DNA from: an uncultured Ignavibacteria bacterium
GTDB lineage: Bacteria; Bacteroidota; Ignavibacteria; Tepidaquicellales; OLB5
Assembly (NCBI GenBank): GCA_963816535.1
Contig: CAWFKW010000007.1
Location: 85,675 to 149,674 of the forward strand
DNA length: 64,000 bases
Direction of reading: 5' to 3'
Part shown: positions 8,659 to 17,871 of the stretch, in pieces
How the letters are laid out: each line of letters opens with the position of its first letter
Numbering within the stretch: the stretch's first letter is position 1
Made by a program: the position numbers and the translations under genes
Notes under the pieces: generated by a model
What the model was told of the DNA's origin: nothing
The model's input: only the letters and a program-made list of their open reading frames with translations
Databases searched by the model: none

Positions 8659-10101
8659 ATGAAAAACACAAAATTAATTCGTCTTCTGAAATCATTCGAT
8701 AAAAATGAATTCACTGATCTCAGAAGTTTTGTAAAATCTCCTTTCTTTAATAAAAGGCATAAGGTAACTGAGTTACTTGAAGCCCTTTGCAAATATTACC
8801 CCTCATTCAAAGTATCTGAAATTCCAAAAGAAAAAATTTTCGCAGCCGTTTATAGGAACGCAAAGTATAGTGATGAATTAATGCGGAACCTTATTTCACA
8901 CCTGTATAAACTTGCAGAAGAATATCTTGAACAAAAAGGATTCAGAGATGACTTCATTAACAGGAAAAGATATTTACTTAAGGAGCTAACGCAAAGGGAC
9001 CAGTTCAAACTGTTTGAAAAAAATTTAAAGATAACTAACGACTATCTTAGCCGGAACAAAATACTGGACAGCGAATATTTTCTTAAACATTATTTCATCG
9101 AGCTTGAAGTAATACACTTTCTTAACAGGAGTAAAAGCGCTCCGTTCCTTGTAAATGATAACGCGCAGAAGATCGCCGATAACCTGCTTCATTTTTTCCT
9201 GATCGCAATGATGGGAATAAATTCATACATGATAAACCAGTCGAAGAATGCTTTTGATTATGATTTCAAAATGTCATTTCTCTCAAAGATACTTGAGCAT
9301 ATAGAAGAGAAAGGCTATGAGCACATGCCTCACATATTGATGCACTACAACAGTATAAAATTATTAATGACCGGGGAAGAGCGCTATTTTTACGGGTTAA
9401 GAAATGTTCTGTTCAATCAAAGAAATGAATTCGGCGCCGTTGATATCTATAATATCTACGTCTTTCTCAACAGTTATTGCTACCGGCGTTACACCGCGGG
9501 GGATATTGAGTTTGCACGGCTCGGGCTTGAGCTGTATAAGAATATGTTTGAAAACAACGCTCACGCTACCCAGGGATATGCACACCATATACTTTTCAAG
9601 AACGTTGTCACCTGCGCGCTGAGCGTTAATAAAACTGCATGGACGGAATACTTTATCGAAAAGTATAAAGACGAACTGCAGGCAGAACACAGGGAGAGCT
9701 CTTATAACCTGTGCAACGCATTTTTGAAATTCCACCTTGGTAATTATAGAGGCGCGCTCACGTGCCTATCTAAAATTACGATGGAAGATATCACTTACAA
9801 AATTGACGCTAAGGCGCTGACCGCAAAGATCTATTACTGCACTAATGCGCATGAATCTCTCCTGTCGCATTTTGATTCATACAGGCATTTTCTGAAAACT
9901 AACCATATGATACCCGCCAGGCTTAAGGAGACTCATTTGGGCTTCGTAAATTATATGTCGCGTTTTGTTAACTTGAAAGATAAGAATGATGAAGCGGCGT
10001 TAGAGGTTCTTTCAGCTGAAATTTCTAAAGCGCCCTATTTTGTTCATAAGTTCTGGCTGCATGATGAAGTAAAAAAACATGCCTGCAATAATGCAGCTTA
10101 A
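8659..10101 (+). CDS. Hypothetical all-helical cytoplasmic protein, paralog family member P1
   Basis: 480 aa with no signal peptide or TM segment. Clear homology to the ORFs at 14093 and 26652. Shared blocks: N-terminal LIRLLKSFDKNEF..FVKSPFFNK, ..KYYPSF, central WTEYFIEKYK, C-terminal FDSYRHFLKTN. Confidence 0.8.
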   Translation: MKNTKLIRLLKSFDKNEFTDLRSFVKSPFFNKRHKVTELLEALCKYYPSFKVSEIPKEKIFAAVYRNAKYSDELMRNLISHLYKLAEEYLEQKGFRDDFINRKRYLLKELTQRDQFKLFEKNLKITNDYLSRNKILDSEYFLKHYFIELEVIHFLNRSKSAPFLVNDNAQKIADNLLHFFLIAMMGINSYMINQSKNAFDYDFKMSFLSKILEHIEEKGYEHMPHILMHYNSIKLLMTGEERYFYGLRNVLFNQRNEFGAVDIYNIYVFLNSYCYRRYTAGDIEFARLGLELYKNMFENNAHATQGYAHHILFKNVVTCALSVNKTAWTEYFIEKYKDELQAEHRESSYNLCNAFLKFHLGNYRGALTCLSKITMEDITYKIDAKALTAKIYYCTNAHESLLSHFDSYRHFLKTNHMIPARLKETHLGFVNYMSRFVNLKDKNDEAALEVLSAEISKAPYFVHKFWLHDEVKKHACNNAA

Positions 10102-11126
10102 TTATTTTTCCCCATCAGGCACAGCGCAAAATAATTTTTGCTGTCAGTCCATTTGTTCAGAACTTTTAAGCCTGCATTGTTAGCTATGTCGTTTATCATT
10201 TGTCCGGTGAATTTGTAAGAGTTCTCGGTATGGATAGTTTCTCCTTTGTAGAAATGAATTTTTTCTTTTATCCCATGGATGCATACGGCTTGTTCGACAG
10301 TCGAAACCAAATGCATTTCCATCCTGCTCTCGGCGCGGTTAAAATAAGCGCGGTGGCGGAATTTTCTGAGGTCAAACTCGCCCCCGAGCTCGTTATTAAT
10401 ACGCTGCAAATGGTTTATGTTGAACATCGCCGTAACTCCCGCCGCGTCATCGTAAGCGGCATTCAGAACAGCCTCATCTTTCACAAGGTCAAAGCCGATT
10501 AGAAAAGTATCGTCTCCCCTCATTATTCTCCCGATGCGCATAACCAGGGCCATAGCATCGGTAAGGTCAAAGTTGCCAATGCTTGAGCCAAGGAACACTA
10601 TCATCTTAGGAAGCGCTGTAATTGAATCCGCAACTTTCAAACCTTCTTCATATTCTGAAAGAACGCCCTTTACGGCCAGCCTGTCAAAATCTTCTATGAG
10701 CGACTCGGAGCTGGGAATGATTATGTCTGAAACATCGATAGGTATATAAGTGAGTCCGCCGTTATTTGAAATGAATGAATTTATTATGTAGCGGGTCTTG
10801 ATGGAAGTTCCTGCGCCAAGCTCTAATATAACACTCTTGCCGTTGTTAATCTTATAGATTTCGCTTGAATGATGTTTTAGTATTTCAGCTTCGGTGCGTG
10901 TTACATAATACTCGGGCGTCTCGCAGATCTTCTCAAACAGCGCCGAACCGGCAGCGTCATAAAAATATTTCGGCAGAAGAAATTTATTGAGAGCCAGCAG
11001 CCCTACTTTAACGTCTTCAGCGAAAGTATTTTTCCTGATACCGCTGTTAACATAGTAGAGCGAGAACCTTGAGCTGATCTCGCGAAGTTCAACTTCAAAT
11101 ATGCTATTTTTATCAGGATTTTCCAA
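10098..11126 (-). CDS. egtD: L-histidine N-alpha-methyltransferase EgtD
   Basis: 342 aa. Contains EYYVTRTEAEIL, ILELGAGTSIKTR (SAM-binding G-x-G), YIPIDVS, FLGSSIGNF, FLIGFDLVKD, AYDDAAGVTAMFNINHL and ETIHTENSYKF. All are hallmark EgtD blocks. Confidence 0.88.
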   Translation of the reverse strand: MENPDKNSIFEVELREISSRFSLYYVNSGIRKNTFAEDVKVGLLALNKFLLPKYFYDAAGSALFEKICETPEYYVTRTEAEILKHHSSEIYKINNGKSVILELGAGTSIKTRYIINSFISNNGGLTYIPIDVSDIIIPSSESLIEDFDRLAVKGVLSEYEEGLKVADSITALPKMIVFLGSSIGNFDLTDAMALVMRIGRIMRGDDTFLIGFDLVKDEAVLNAAYDDAAGVTAMFNINHLQRINNELGGEFDLRKFRHRAYFNRAESRMEMHLVSTVEQAVCIHGIKEKIHFYKGETIHTENSYKFTGQMINDIANNAGLKVLNKWTDSKNYFALCLMGKNN

Positions 11127-11277
11127 TTTTGAAGTAATTTTGTTTGGGCGAAGCTAAATTTAGCAATAATTTCAGGCAGTTCCAAATTTATATTTATAAC
11201 GGATGGACTAAAGCAAATACCCCACTTTCGCATAAAAAGTTCCGGCGCAATTTTATTATTTTTCTATTGGGGCTCTT

Positions 11278-11991
11278 TCACAGCGTATTCAGCTGCTGTG
11301 CTTCATAAACTTTTATTGCCGAGCCTTTTGCCAGTGTAACGTTATACGGTTTTTGAGAATCAATGGATTTCCAGTGATTGCCGTACACCTCGCCGAAATC
11401 AAAATTTGTTTTAAAATCAGTTACCGGGTATATTTCCCAGATCGGATGCTCGACCCTGTATACAAGAGTCTCTCCCGAGCGTGTTGTTCCAAATCCCCAC
11501 TCATGTTCTTTAAAGAAATGTTCCGCCGAATTTTCCGGCGGCATGAAAGATTTATTTTCAGCCTGAACTTTTATTGAGTATTCCTTTGAATCGACTTCAA
11601 TCGTATGAGACAGCAAGATCTTTTCATCGAACGCAATTTCATTCTTCATATTAATCTTCCTGTAATTCTCGTTGAAGAAAATATTTGCTCCCAGAACGGT
11701 AAGATAGTTCGGGACAAACTCGCGTATGAAAACAACTCCTCTTTGTTCTTTGTACTTAACATAGAAACGAAGATTTATTTCAGGGAAGTTAACGTTAAAA
11801 GGAACGTGAATTCCTTTAACTTTGGTATCTGCAAAATCAAATGCCACCAGGCTGATAAACGCAGCGCCGCCGATTGTATCAGGCTGAAATCCTTCGGGCA
11901 GATACGGCTGAAGCGCCTCCGGCTCAACCCGGTAAGAAGCCAAAAGGAGATTCTCCCACTTTGCAGTCAAAAATATTTTTTTATCGCTCAT
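11278..11991 (-). CDS. DUF2071 (YqjF-like) family protein
   Basis: 237 aa. The N-terminus FLTAKWENLLLASYRVEPEALQPYLPEGF...GAAFISLVAFDF is the typical DUF2071 opening. 4-nt overlap with the upstream PAP2 gene. Confidence 0.7.
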   Translation of the reverse strand: MSDKKIFLTAKWENLLLASYRVEPEALQPYLPEGFQPDTIGGAAFISLVAFDFADTKVKGIHVPFNVNFPEINLRFYVKYKEQRGVVFIREFVPNYLTVLGANIFFNENYRKINMKNEIAFDEKILLSHTIEVDSKEYSIKVQAENKSFMPPENSAEHFFKEHEWGFGTTRSGETLVYRVEHPIWEIYPVTDFKTNFDFGEVYGNHWKSIDSQKPYNVTLAKGSAIKVYEAQQLNTL

Positions 11992-12698
11992 TGGGCGGCG
12001 GTCCCTTCGGGGAGAGATTTTCTTAACGACACAAGTACAAATGTTATGAGCAGGGCGTTAATAGCGCCGGCAACCACGTCAGATGGCCAGTGCTGGTTAT
12101 GATAGATTCTGCTCAGGCATGTTATTACTGCGAGCGCGTAGTAAAAAGACTTGAGGTAGATATTCTTAGTTGATGATGCAAGCGCGGCTGAGAGCGCGAA
12201 CGACACCGCTGCATGCCCGGAAAGAAAAGAGAACATATCGTTGTTATCCCAGTTCCATCCGCTGAATGCGAAGTCGCCGTGATTGGTATAAGGCCTCCAC
12301 CTGCCGAACAGAGATTTAAACAACAGTGTGACAAATCCAGAGTAGATGTAAGCCTCGCCCACCAGCAGCCCGGTTTCGCGCATTTTATTTTGTGAAAATA
12401 ACAACCCGCCAAAATACAACGCGATGAATAAGTACAAGGTCAGCGCGCCGTTGCCATACCACCTGCCAAAATCAAATACTTCAGATATCAGGCCGCCCTT
12501 CCAACTAAGGATAAAATCTCTGATCGCATTGTCCAGGTAAAATGCCGATAAGATAATAAAGATGCATACCAGCGAGAGCTGCCAGCGGCTGACCATTTTA
12601 TTTAGCGCCGCCGGATAGACTTTTTTAAAGTCGATCCAAAGCTGCATTAAGTCATTTTTAACAAGTGTGCCCAAAAGTTTGTTCGATAATTCGATCAA
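11988..12698 (-). CDS. PAP2-family membrane phosphatase
   Basis: 236 aa, multi-TM. Acid-phosphatase motifs KSLFGRWRP ... LSGHA ... SRIYHNQHWPSD. Confidence 0.88.
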   Translation of the reverse strand: MIELSNKLLGTLVKNDLMQLWIDFKKVYPAALNKMVSRWQLSLVCIFIILSAFYLDNAIRDFILSWKGGLISEVFDFGRWYGNGALTLYLFIALYFGGLLFSQNKMRETGLLVGEAYIYSGFVTLLFKSLFGRWRPYTNHGDFAFSGWNWDNNDMFSFLSGHAAVSFALSAALASSTKNIYLKSFYYALAVITCLSRIYHNQHWPSDVVAGAINALLITFVLVSLRKSLPEGTAAQ

Positions 12699-12761
12699 TC
12701 AGTCATTGAGCAAAAATAGATATTATTTTAATGAATGTTAATGAAAATTGAGGTCTGCTGA

Positions 12762-12808
12762 TCTTAAATAAGAAAAGGCGCATAACTAATTTCTAAGCGA
12801 TGCGCCTT
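12762..12808 (-). terminator. Intrinsic terminator after the OMP gene
   Basis: aaggcgcat (12775-12783) pairs with atgcgcctt (12800-12808). A T-rich tail follows on the minus strand. Confidence 0.7.
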
Positions 12809-12839
12809 AACGTCAAAAGACTAGGAGGAAGAATATTTT

Positions 12840-13463
12840 TTATAGGTGGAACCAGGCCCCGGCTGTGATTTGAAGTCCAGTTGTTTTAAATGTCTGCGTA
12901 GTAGCGTTCTTTAAAATATTTGATAGCCCGAATGCGTAACCAAACTGACCATACAGGTCTATTTTAGGAGCTATTTTAAAACCAACTCCTCCGCCAATCA
13001 AAAGATTAAAGTCAGTGCCGCTGATACTGCTGCTGATGTCGGTTGAAGTTCCATTTCCACCCTGCGGAGTATCATCAGCGTTTGCTGACATGTTAATTCC
13101 AAGAATCGGACCTGCAATTAAGAATGGCTTAACTTCTGTCAAAGGAAACGTCACTTTCAACAAAACCGGAATTTCAAAATAATTAAGCTTATCTGTAACA
13201 GTCCCGCCGGCCCCGTCATTTCCTGATGCGCCTTTCATAACAAATCTTAATCCTGGCTGTATGGAAATATAATGGCCAAACCCTACATCGAGGTCTGCCC
13301 CAAATATCATACCCGTCCTGGTAGATGTTGAAATATCAGGCGTTGTTGTAAAATTAGCGATGTTAATGCCAACTTCTGGTCCTATAGCTAACTTTACCTG
13401 TGAATAAGAGGCAGTGGTTAACAAGACACCCAGAATTAGAACAAGAAAGATTTTGAATTTCAT
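12840..13463 (-). CDS. Outer-membrane beta-barrel protein (small porin-like)
   Basis: 207 aa with a signal peptide (MKFKIFLVLILGVLLTTASYSQ). Alternating amphipathic beta-strands. Aromatic C-terminal strand ..ITAGAWFHL. SD aaaggaga. Confidence 0.8.
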   Translation of the reverse strand: MKFKIFLVLILGVLLTTASYSQVKLAIGPEVGINIANFTTTPDISTSTRTGMIFGADLDVGFGHYISIQPGLRFVMKGASGNDGAGGTVTDKLNYFEIPVLLKVTFPLTEVKPFLIAGPILGINMSANADDTPQGGNGTSTDISSSISGTDFNLLIGGGVGFKIAPKIDLYGQFGYAFGLSNILKNATTQTFKTTGLQITAGAWFHL

Positions 13464-14092
13464 TTTTTCTCCTTTAGTTTGAAATTATTAATTTAATAAA
13501 TTATGGAACTGTATAACTTGATGTGGCGCTGTATGAAGCGCCTCCGCTATCAACTGTACCTGCATAATAAAATTTCGACTGCTGCCCCGAAGTAACGCCG
13601 ATCTATTCGCTTATCTTGTACGCTGTATCTTTGCTGAATGCGTAATTAGAATTCTGATTTTTATAGTTGTGTCAGATAATAAGGATGAAAAACAGATGAC
13701 CCTTTTACGCAAGATACTCTCTTTTTCATTAAAATTAAATAGTCTAGTTAAATTATTATTAATTATACAATTTTGATTTTATAGTCCGCAAATCTAAATA
13801 AAAATACCCCCAAAGCTTCAAAATTCAGAATTACGTATGGCGATACGATGCTTCTTTATCCCGGAAGTCATTGGGGGTACAACTTTCAAATCTGTGAAAC
13901 ATCACTATCGCCATATTGGGTACAAACATAAGGAAAGCTTCTGAGGAAGTGCAAAGAAAAATAAACGGCAAGTTAGAGAAAAACCGTTTACAGATCATCA
14001 GGATATTTGGGAAAAAACATTTATTTCTGTGGTTTTTTCAAGTTTTATTGTTATTTTGGATCAATCAAATTAGAACATTTTGTAGTATTCAT

Positions 14093-15559
14093 ATGCAGAA
14101 TTTTAAATTAATTGAGCTTTTGAAGACTCTTGATAAGAAGGAAATTCGCCGCCTGGGCGAATTTGTGGAATCGCCGTATTTCAATAAAAATGAAAATGTT
14201 ATGAGGTTGTTCGGGGCTCTTTCAAAATACCACCCGGGGTTTGAGAACAGGAACCTCACAATTGAAAAGCTGTTTAAGAAACTTTTTCCCCGGGATAAAT
14301 ATGATTACCACAAAATAAACAACGTTATATCCGATCTGTACAAGCTTTCGGAAAGGTTCTTTTCCATTCAGAATTTCGAAGAGAAAATGGAATCCGGAGA
14401 CACAGCCGTCCTGAAGACGCTGACCGATAAAAAGCTGCATGGAATTTTCAAACAAAAATTCAAACAGCTTGAAGAAATAAACGAAAGCGCTGAATTCAAG
14501 GATGAAATGTACTGGTTCAATAAATACAGGCTGATGGCCGAGCGCCGCATAAATCTTTTCGATATCGCGCCCAACACACAGCTTGAGCTTATGCAGGAAG
14601 AATTTAACAGGTTTCTGAAATATACCCTGATAAAACTCCTCCGGTTTTACTCGACGATGATACATGAGGTAAGGCAAAACAACGTCGTTTACACTTTAAG
14701 GATGTTCGAAGAAGCTCTGGAGTTCCTCGAAAAAAATGAACGGGAAAACGGAGGCTTTAAGGAACCGCCGATACTTTCTGTGTATAAGAACAGCATCTAC
14801 CTGGCCCTCAGGGAAGAAAGAAAATATTACGATGAGCTTGCAGCCCTGAAGAACAAATACTTTAATGAGTTCACGCCTCTTGACCGGAAATTTATTTTCA
14901 CACACCTTTTCGGTTTCATAGCTCATAAACTTATGACCGAGGGCGACTATTCATATTACATCGAAGCGTTTGAACACCATAAAGAAACGCTTGAACGGGG
15001 CATACAGGACGAGAGCGACATATCATATTTCGATTTTGTGAATTATGTAAAATCGGCATGCTCTGTCGGCGAGTTTGACTGGGCGCGGCAGTTCATAGAA
15101 AAATATAAGCACGTTCTGCCGGAAGAAGAAAAGAACAACACATTGAATTTCAGCTACGGGACCATCGAACAGAAATCAGGCAACGCGGAAAAGGCGCTGG
15201 GGTTCTACGCCAAAACTAATTTCTCAAACTTTATCATGAAGGAACAGGTGAAGATATTACAGTGCAGGCTGCTCTATGAACTGGGAATGGATGAGCAAGC
15301 TCTTGCCGCCATAGATTCGTTCAGGCATTATCTTCAAAGGGAAAAGCTGATAACTGACGACCATCGCGGGTTATTCTACCTCTTCCTGAAATACCTGACA
15401 CAGATGATAAAAGTCCGGGAATCGCGCTCAAGCTCTGAATACGATTTTATGGTTGAAAAGCTCCGCAAAGACGTGACTGAGATGAAGATGAATATTTTCG
15501 GCGTGAGGTTATGGGAGCTGGAACAGATAGACAAACTAAACAAACCTGGATCTAAATAA
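14093..15559 (+). CDS. Hypothetical all-helical cytoplasmic protein, paralog family member P2
   Basis: The ORF track starts at 13916. The ATG at 14093 (MQNFKLIELLKTLDKKEIRRLGEFVESPYFNK) aligns with the N-termini of P1 and P3 and gives 488 aa. Shared blocks: GEFDWARQFIEKYK, IDSFRHYLQ. Confidence 0.8.
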   Translation: MQNFKLIELLKTLDKKEIRRLGEFVESPYFNKNENVMRLFGALSKYHPGFENRNLTIEKLFKKLFPRDKYDYHKINNVISDLYKLSERFFSIQNFEEKMESGDTAVLKTLTDKKLHGIFKQKFKQLEEINESAEFKDEMYWFNKYRLMAERRINLFDIAPNTQLELMQEEFNRFLKYTLIKLLRFYSTMIHEVRQNNVVYTLRMFEEALEFLEKNERENGGFKEPPILSVYKNSIYLALREERKYYDELAALKNKYFNEFTPLDRKFIFTHLFGFIAHKLMTEGDYSYYIEAFEHHKETLERGIQDESDISYFDFVNYVKSACSVGEFDWARQFIEKYKHVLPEEEKNNTLNFSYGTIEQKSGNAEKALGFYAKTNFSNFIMKEQVKILQCRLLYELGMDEQALAAIDSFRHYLQREKLITDDHRGLFYLFLKYLTQMIKVRESRSSSEYDFMVEKLRKDVTEMKMNIFGVRLWELEQIDKLNKPGSK

Positions 15560-16088
15560 AAAACTTCTCGGCCAGGGCCCACGCGGCAAGCGTCATGCCG
15601 TCAAATATTTCATTCGATCTTATTTTTGCCTGCAGCTCGCTTACAGTTAGCTCAACCGGCTCAAACTCCTCATGGTCGTCTTTGGAAAACTCGGCAGACG
15701 GCCTTAGGTTCCTAGCTATGAAAACATGGCATATCTCGTCTGTAACGCCTATGTAAGGATTAAACGAACCAACCTTCTCAAAATCTCCGTCCATACCAAC
15801 CTCTTCGATAAGCTCTTTACGCGAAACCTCTTCGGGCGTCTGCCCTTCTTTTATTCCGCCGCCCGGGAAACCAATACTCTCGCGCCTGCTCAGGTACCTG
15901 AACTGATTGACCATGAGAATTCTACCGCCGGCTAAAACCGGGACCGTAAATGCCGAACCGGCTGTATGGCAGATATGATAGTCGCCTTCCCTTCCGTCTT
16001 CGACCATATACCTGTCAACAATGTAAGTCCACCAGGGATTTTTGAGCTTGATGGCGCTTGTTAAAGTCTTCCAGTGTTTTAAAGCCAT
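15552..16088 (-). CDS. NUDIX hydrolase
   Basis: 178 aa. Nudix box GGGIKEGQTPEEVSRKELIEEVG. Confidence 0.88.
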   Translation of the reverse strand: MALKHWKTLTSAIKLKNPWWTYIVDRYMVEDGREGDYHICHTAGSAFTVPVLAGGRILMVNQFRYLSRRESIGFPGGGIKEGQTPEEVSRKELIEEVGMDGDFEKVGSFNPYIGVTDEICHVFIARNLRPSAEFSKDDHEEFEPVELTVSELQAKIRSNEIFDGMTLAAWALAEKFFI

Positions 16089-16091
16089 ATC

Positions 16092-16463
16092 CTAATTCTT
16101 AGTTCCATTTCCGCCGGCTCCCAGCTTTTTTAGCTGTTCAATTTCTTTATTCAGGAAGAAGCTGAGAAGGATTCGTATCACCACTATCCCGCCAAGCTCT
16201 ATAAGCTCTTCTGTGGTTGGTTTTAAAATAGTCTGGATAATATCGGCGGCGATAAGGAACTCAAGCCCGAACAAAATGTAATAGCCGAAATCATGCCTGA
16301 TAATATCAAGCGCAGAAATGTCAAACTTTTTTGAAAGCCGCTTAAACTCTGCCCTGATGAAATGAATTACAGCAAGCAAGGCGCCATATATCATTATGGC
16401 AAAGCTTATATCTTCCAGGGCATGCGCAATGTAAAGAATGTATTCGTAAAAATAATCAACCAT
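16092..16463 (-). CDS. Small integral membrane protein (DUF1622-like)
   Basis: 123 aa with 3-4 TM helices. The family call is from memory of similar ~120-aa membrane proteins and is tentative. Confidence 0.55.
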   Translation of the reverse strand: MVDYFYEYILYIAHALEDISFAIMIYGALLAVIHFIRAEFKRLSKKFDISALDIIRHDFGYYILFGLEFLIAADIIQTILKPTTEELIELGGIVVIRILLSFFLNKEIEQLKKLGAGGNGTKN

Positions 16464-16473
16464 ATTTGTTCAG

Positions 16474-16905
16474 CTACTTAATTGTATCTCCGATCACGGT
16501 AACCATTATCTTCCGCCTGCCGCCGTTATTGCGGTGCTCGCACAGGTAGATGCCCTGCCACGTGCCAAGGTTAAGCCTGCCGTCTGTAACAGGCGCAGTA
16601 ACCGACGCGCCGATGATAGATGACTTAATATGCGAGGTCATGTCATCGCTGCCTTCGAGAGTGTGAAGATAATAGCTGGCCGATTCAGGGACCATCTTGT
16701 TAAAATGAGTTTCCATATCGGCTCTTACGTCGGGGTCGGCATTCTCATTTATCGTAAGCGAAGCCGACGTATGTTTAATAAAAAAGTGTGCCAGCCCCGC
16801 CCTGAAAAGCTTTAGTTCGGGAATTTCCTTTTGCAGCTCGTTAGTCACAAGGTGGAAACCCCTCTTCTTTGGCGAGAGTATTATTTCTTTTTGAACTACT
16901 TTCAA
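16474..16905 (-). CDS. YjbQ/UPF0047 family protein (secondary thiamine-phosphate synthase-like)
   Basis: 143 aa. Contains KRGFHLVT..., HTSASLTINENADPDVRADME, GTWQGIYLCEHR. TTG start overlapping the stop of a small upstream ORF. Confidence 0.85.
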   Translation of the reverse strand: MKVVQKEIILSPKKRGFHLVTNELQKEIPELKLFRAGLAHFFIKHTSASLTINENADPDVRADMETHFNKMVPESASYYLHTLEGSDDMTSHIKSSIIGASVTAPVTDGRLNLGTWQGIYLCEHRNNGGRRKIMVTVIGDTIK

Positions 16906-17042
16906 GCTTCTTCTTTTTTGTTCACCCGGTCTTCAAGTTTCTTTGCCTTAACATCATCCATCGATGTCTTAACTATCATGAACATATATAATCCAAAAAG
17001 AAGAACGCCGATCACGCAAATTACTACTAGCGCTACATCCAT
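16902..17042 (-). CDS. Possible 46-aa single-TM peptide
   Basis: Below the ORF-track size cutoff. MDVALVVICVIGVLLFGLYMFMIVKTSMDDVKAKKLEDRVNKKEEA. Its TGA overlaps the TTG start of yjbQ (cTTGA), which suggests translational coupling. Confidence 0.35.
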   Translation of the reverse strand: MDVALVVICVIGVLLFGLYMFMIVKTSMDDVKAKKLEDRVNKKEEA

Positions 17043-17050
17043 TATTTTTT

Positions 17051-17215
17051 ACCTCTCCCCCTACCCCCTCTCCACATAGAGAGGGGAAATAATCTATTTC
17101 AAAAATTCAGAAATCGCTTTGTTAATCTATGCCTCACCCCCGGCCCCTCTCCACATAGAGAAAGGGGGTACATGGGGTTAGAAAAAAGCTATTTCAAGTT
17201 CCGTTCACTTGTGCA
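17051..17215. repeat. Tandem duplication (~80-nt unit x2) containing family-A GC-rich hairpins
   Basis: Unit 1 begins acctctccccctaccccctctccacatagagagggg (17051-17086). Unit 2 begins gcctcacccccggcccctctccacatagagaaaggggg (17131-17168). Both are followed by ..ctatttcaa.. tails. Confidence 0.8.
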
Positions 17216-17871
17216 AATCTTTTGGTTAATTGGATAAAAGATGAAAATTGCCTTACTATAAAATAATGAAGTTATAAGAAATTTAACAGTGAATAAAAAT
17301 ATAACCCCGGTTTGCAGCCTGCGGGGCTAAAATGCAAATCGGCCCTCTCCTGGTGAAAGGGGAAATGAAATGCAACTATAAACCTGACCGTGTGAGTCTT
17401 AAGGGCGGGTTTTAGTTTTACGATATTTGTTCTTAGGTTTTGTTTTCCGCTTTTTGTCTTTTTTTCTGCTTTTCGGATTTCGTCTTTTTTTACAGAATAA
17501 AATTTGTCCCATGGGACAATAATTGATTTTCAACCAGTTAGACGAATTTACGTCTCGACATCGGTTTGGCCAACCAAGTGTGCGGCAGGGAGAACCTTCA
17601 GGGTGACGCCTCTCTCCCCACCCGGAGCTTTTTGATTTGTTGCCGGAAACCCCTTTGAAACCTGCTGGAGCAATAATAATACATTTGCACAACCACTGCA
17701 ATCCTAAAATTTATACATATGTTTAGAGCAAGGTTTGGCACGAAAGTTGTTTACAGCAGTAAAAAGTTTATAAAGTTATAAGGTTCGTAAAGTTAAACAG
17801 TCAATAAAGTTAAAACTTTCTACTTTATAGACTTTCTGCTTTATGAACTGTTCTTTCTGCTTTCTGCCTTT

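Noticed and set aside
13501-13602. Short minus-strand coding-like fragment (..GVTSGQQSKFYYAGTVDSGGASYSATSSYTVP*) upstream of the OMP gene
   Set aside because: Only 33 codons lie between stops and there is no start codon. It may be a gene relic, but that cannot be supported from the sequence alone.
13916-14092. 59-codon N-terminal extension of paralog P2 given by the ORF track
   Set aside because: P1 and P3 align from the internal ATG at 14093. The extension has no counterpart in them and overlaps the structured inverted-repeat element.
17399-17701. 100-aa minus-strand ORF (MQWLCKCIII...KKRRNPKSRKKDKKRKTKPKNKYRKTKTRP)
   Set aside because: It has a low-complexity K/R/T tail generated by an A/T-rich repeat tract, and there is no SD sequence. 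It runs through a GC-rich self-complementary region and a palindrome. I treat the region as non-coding, possibly a small RNA.
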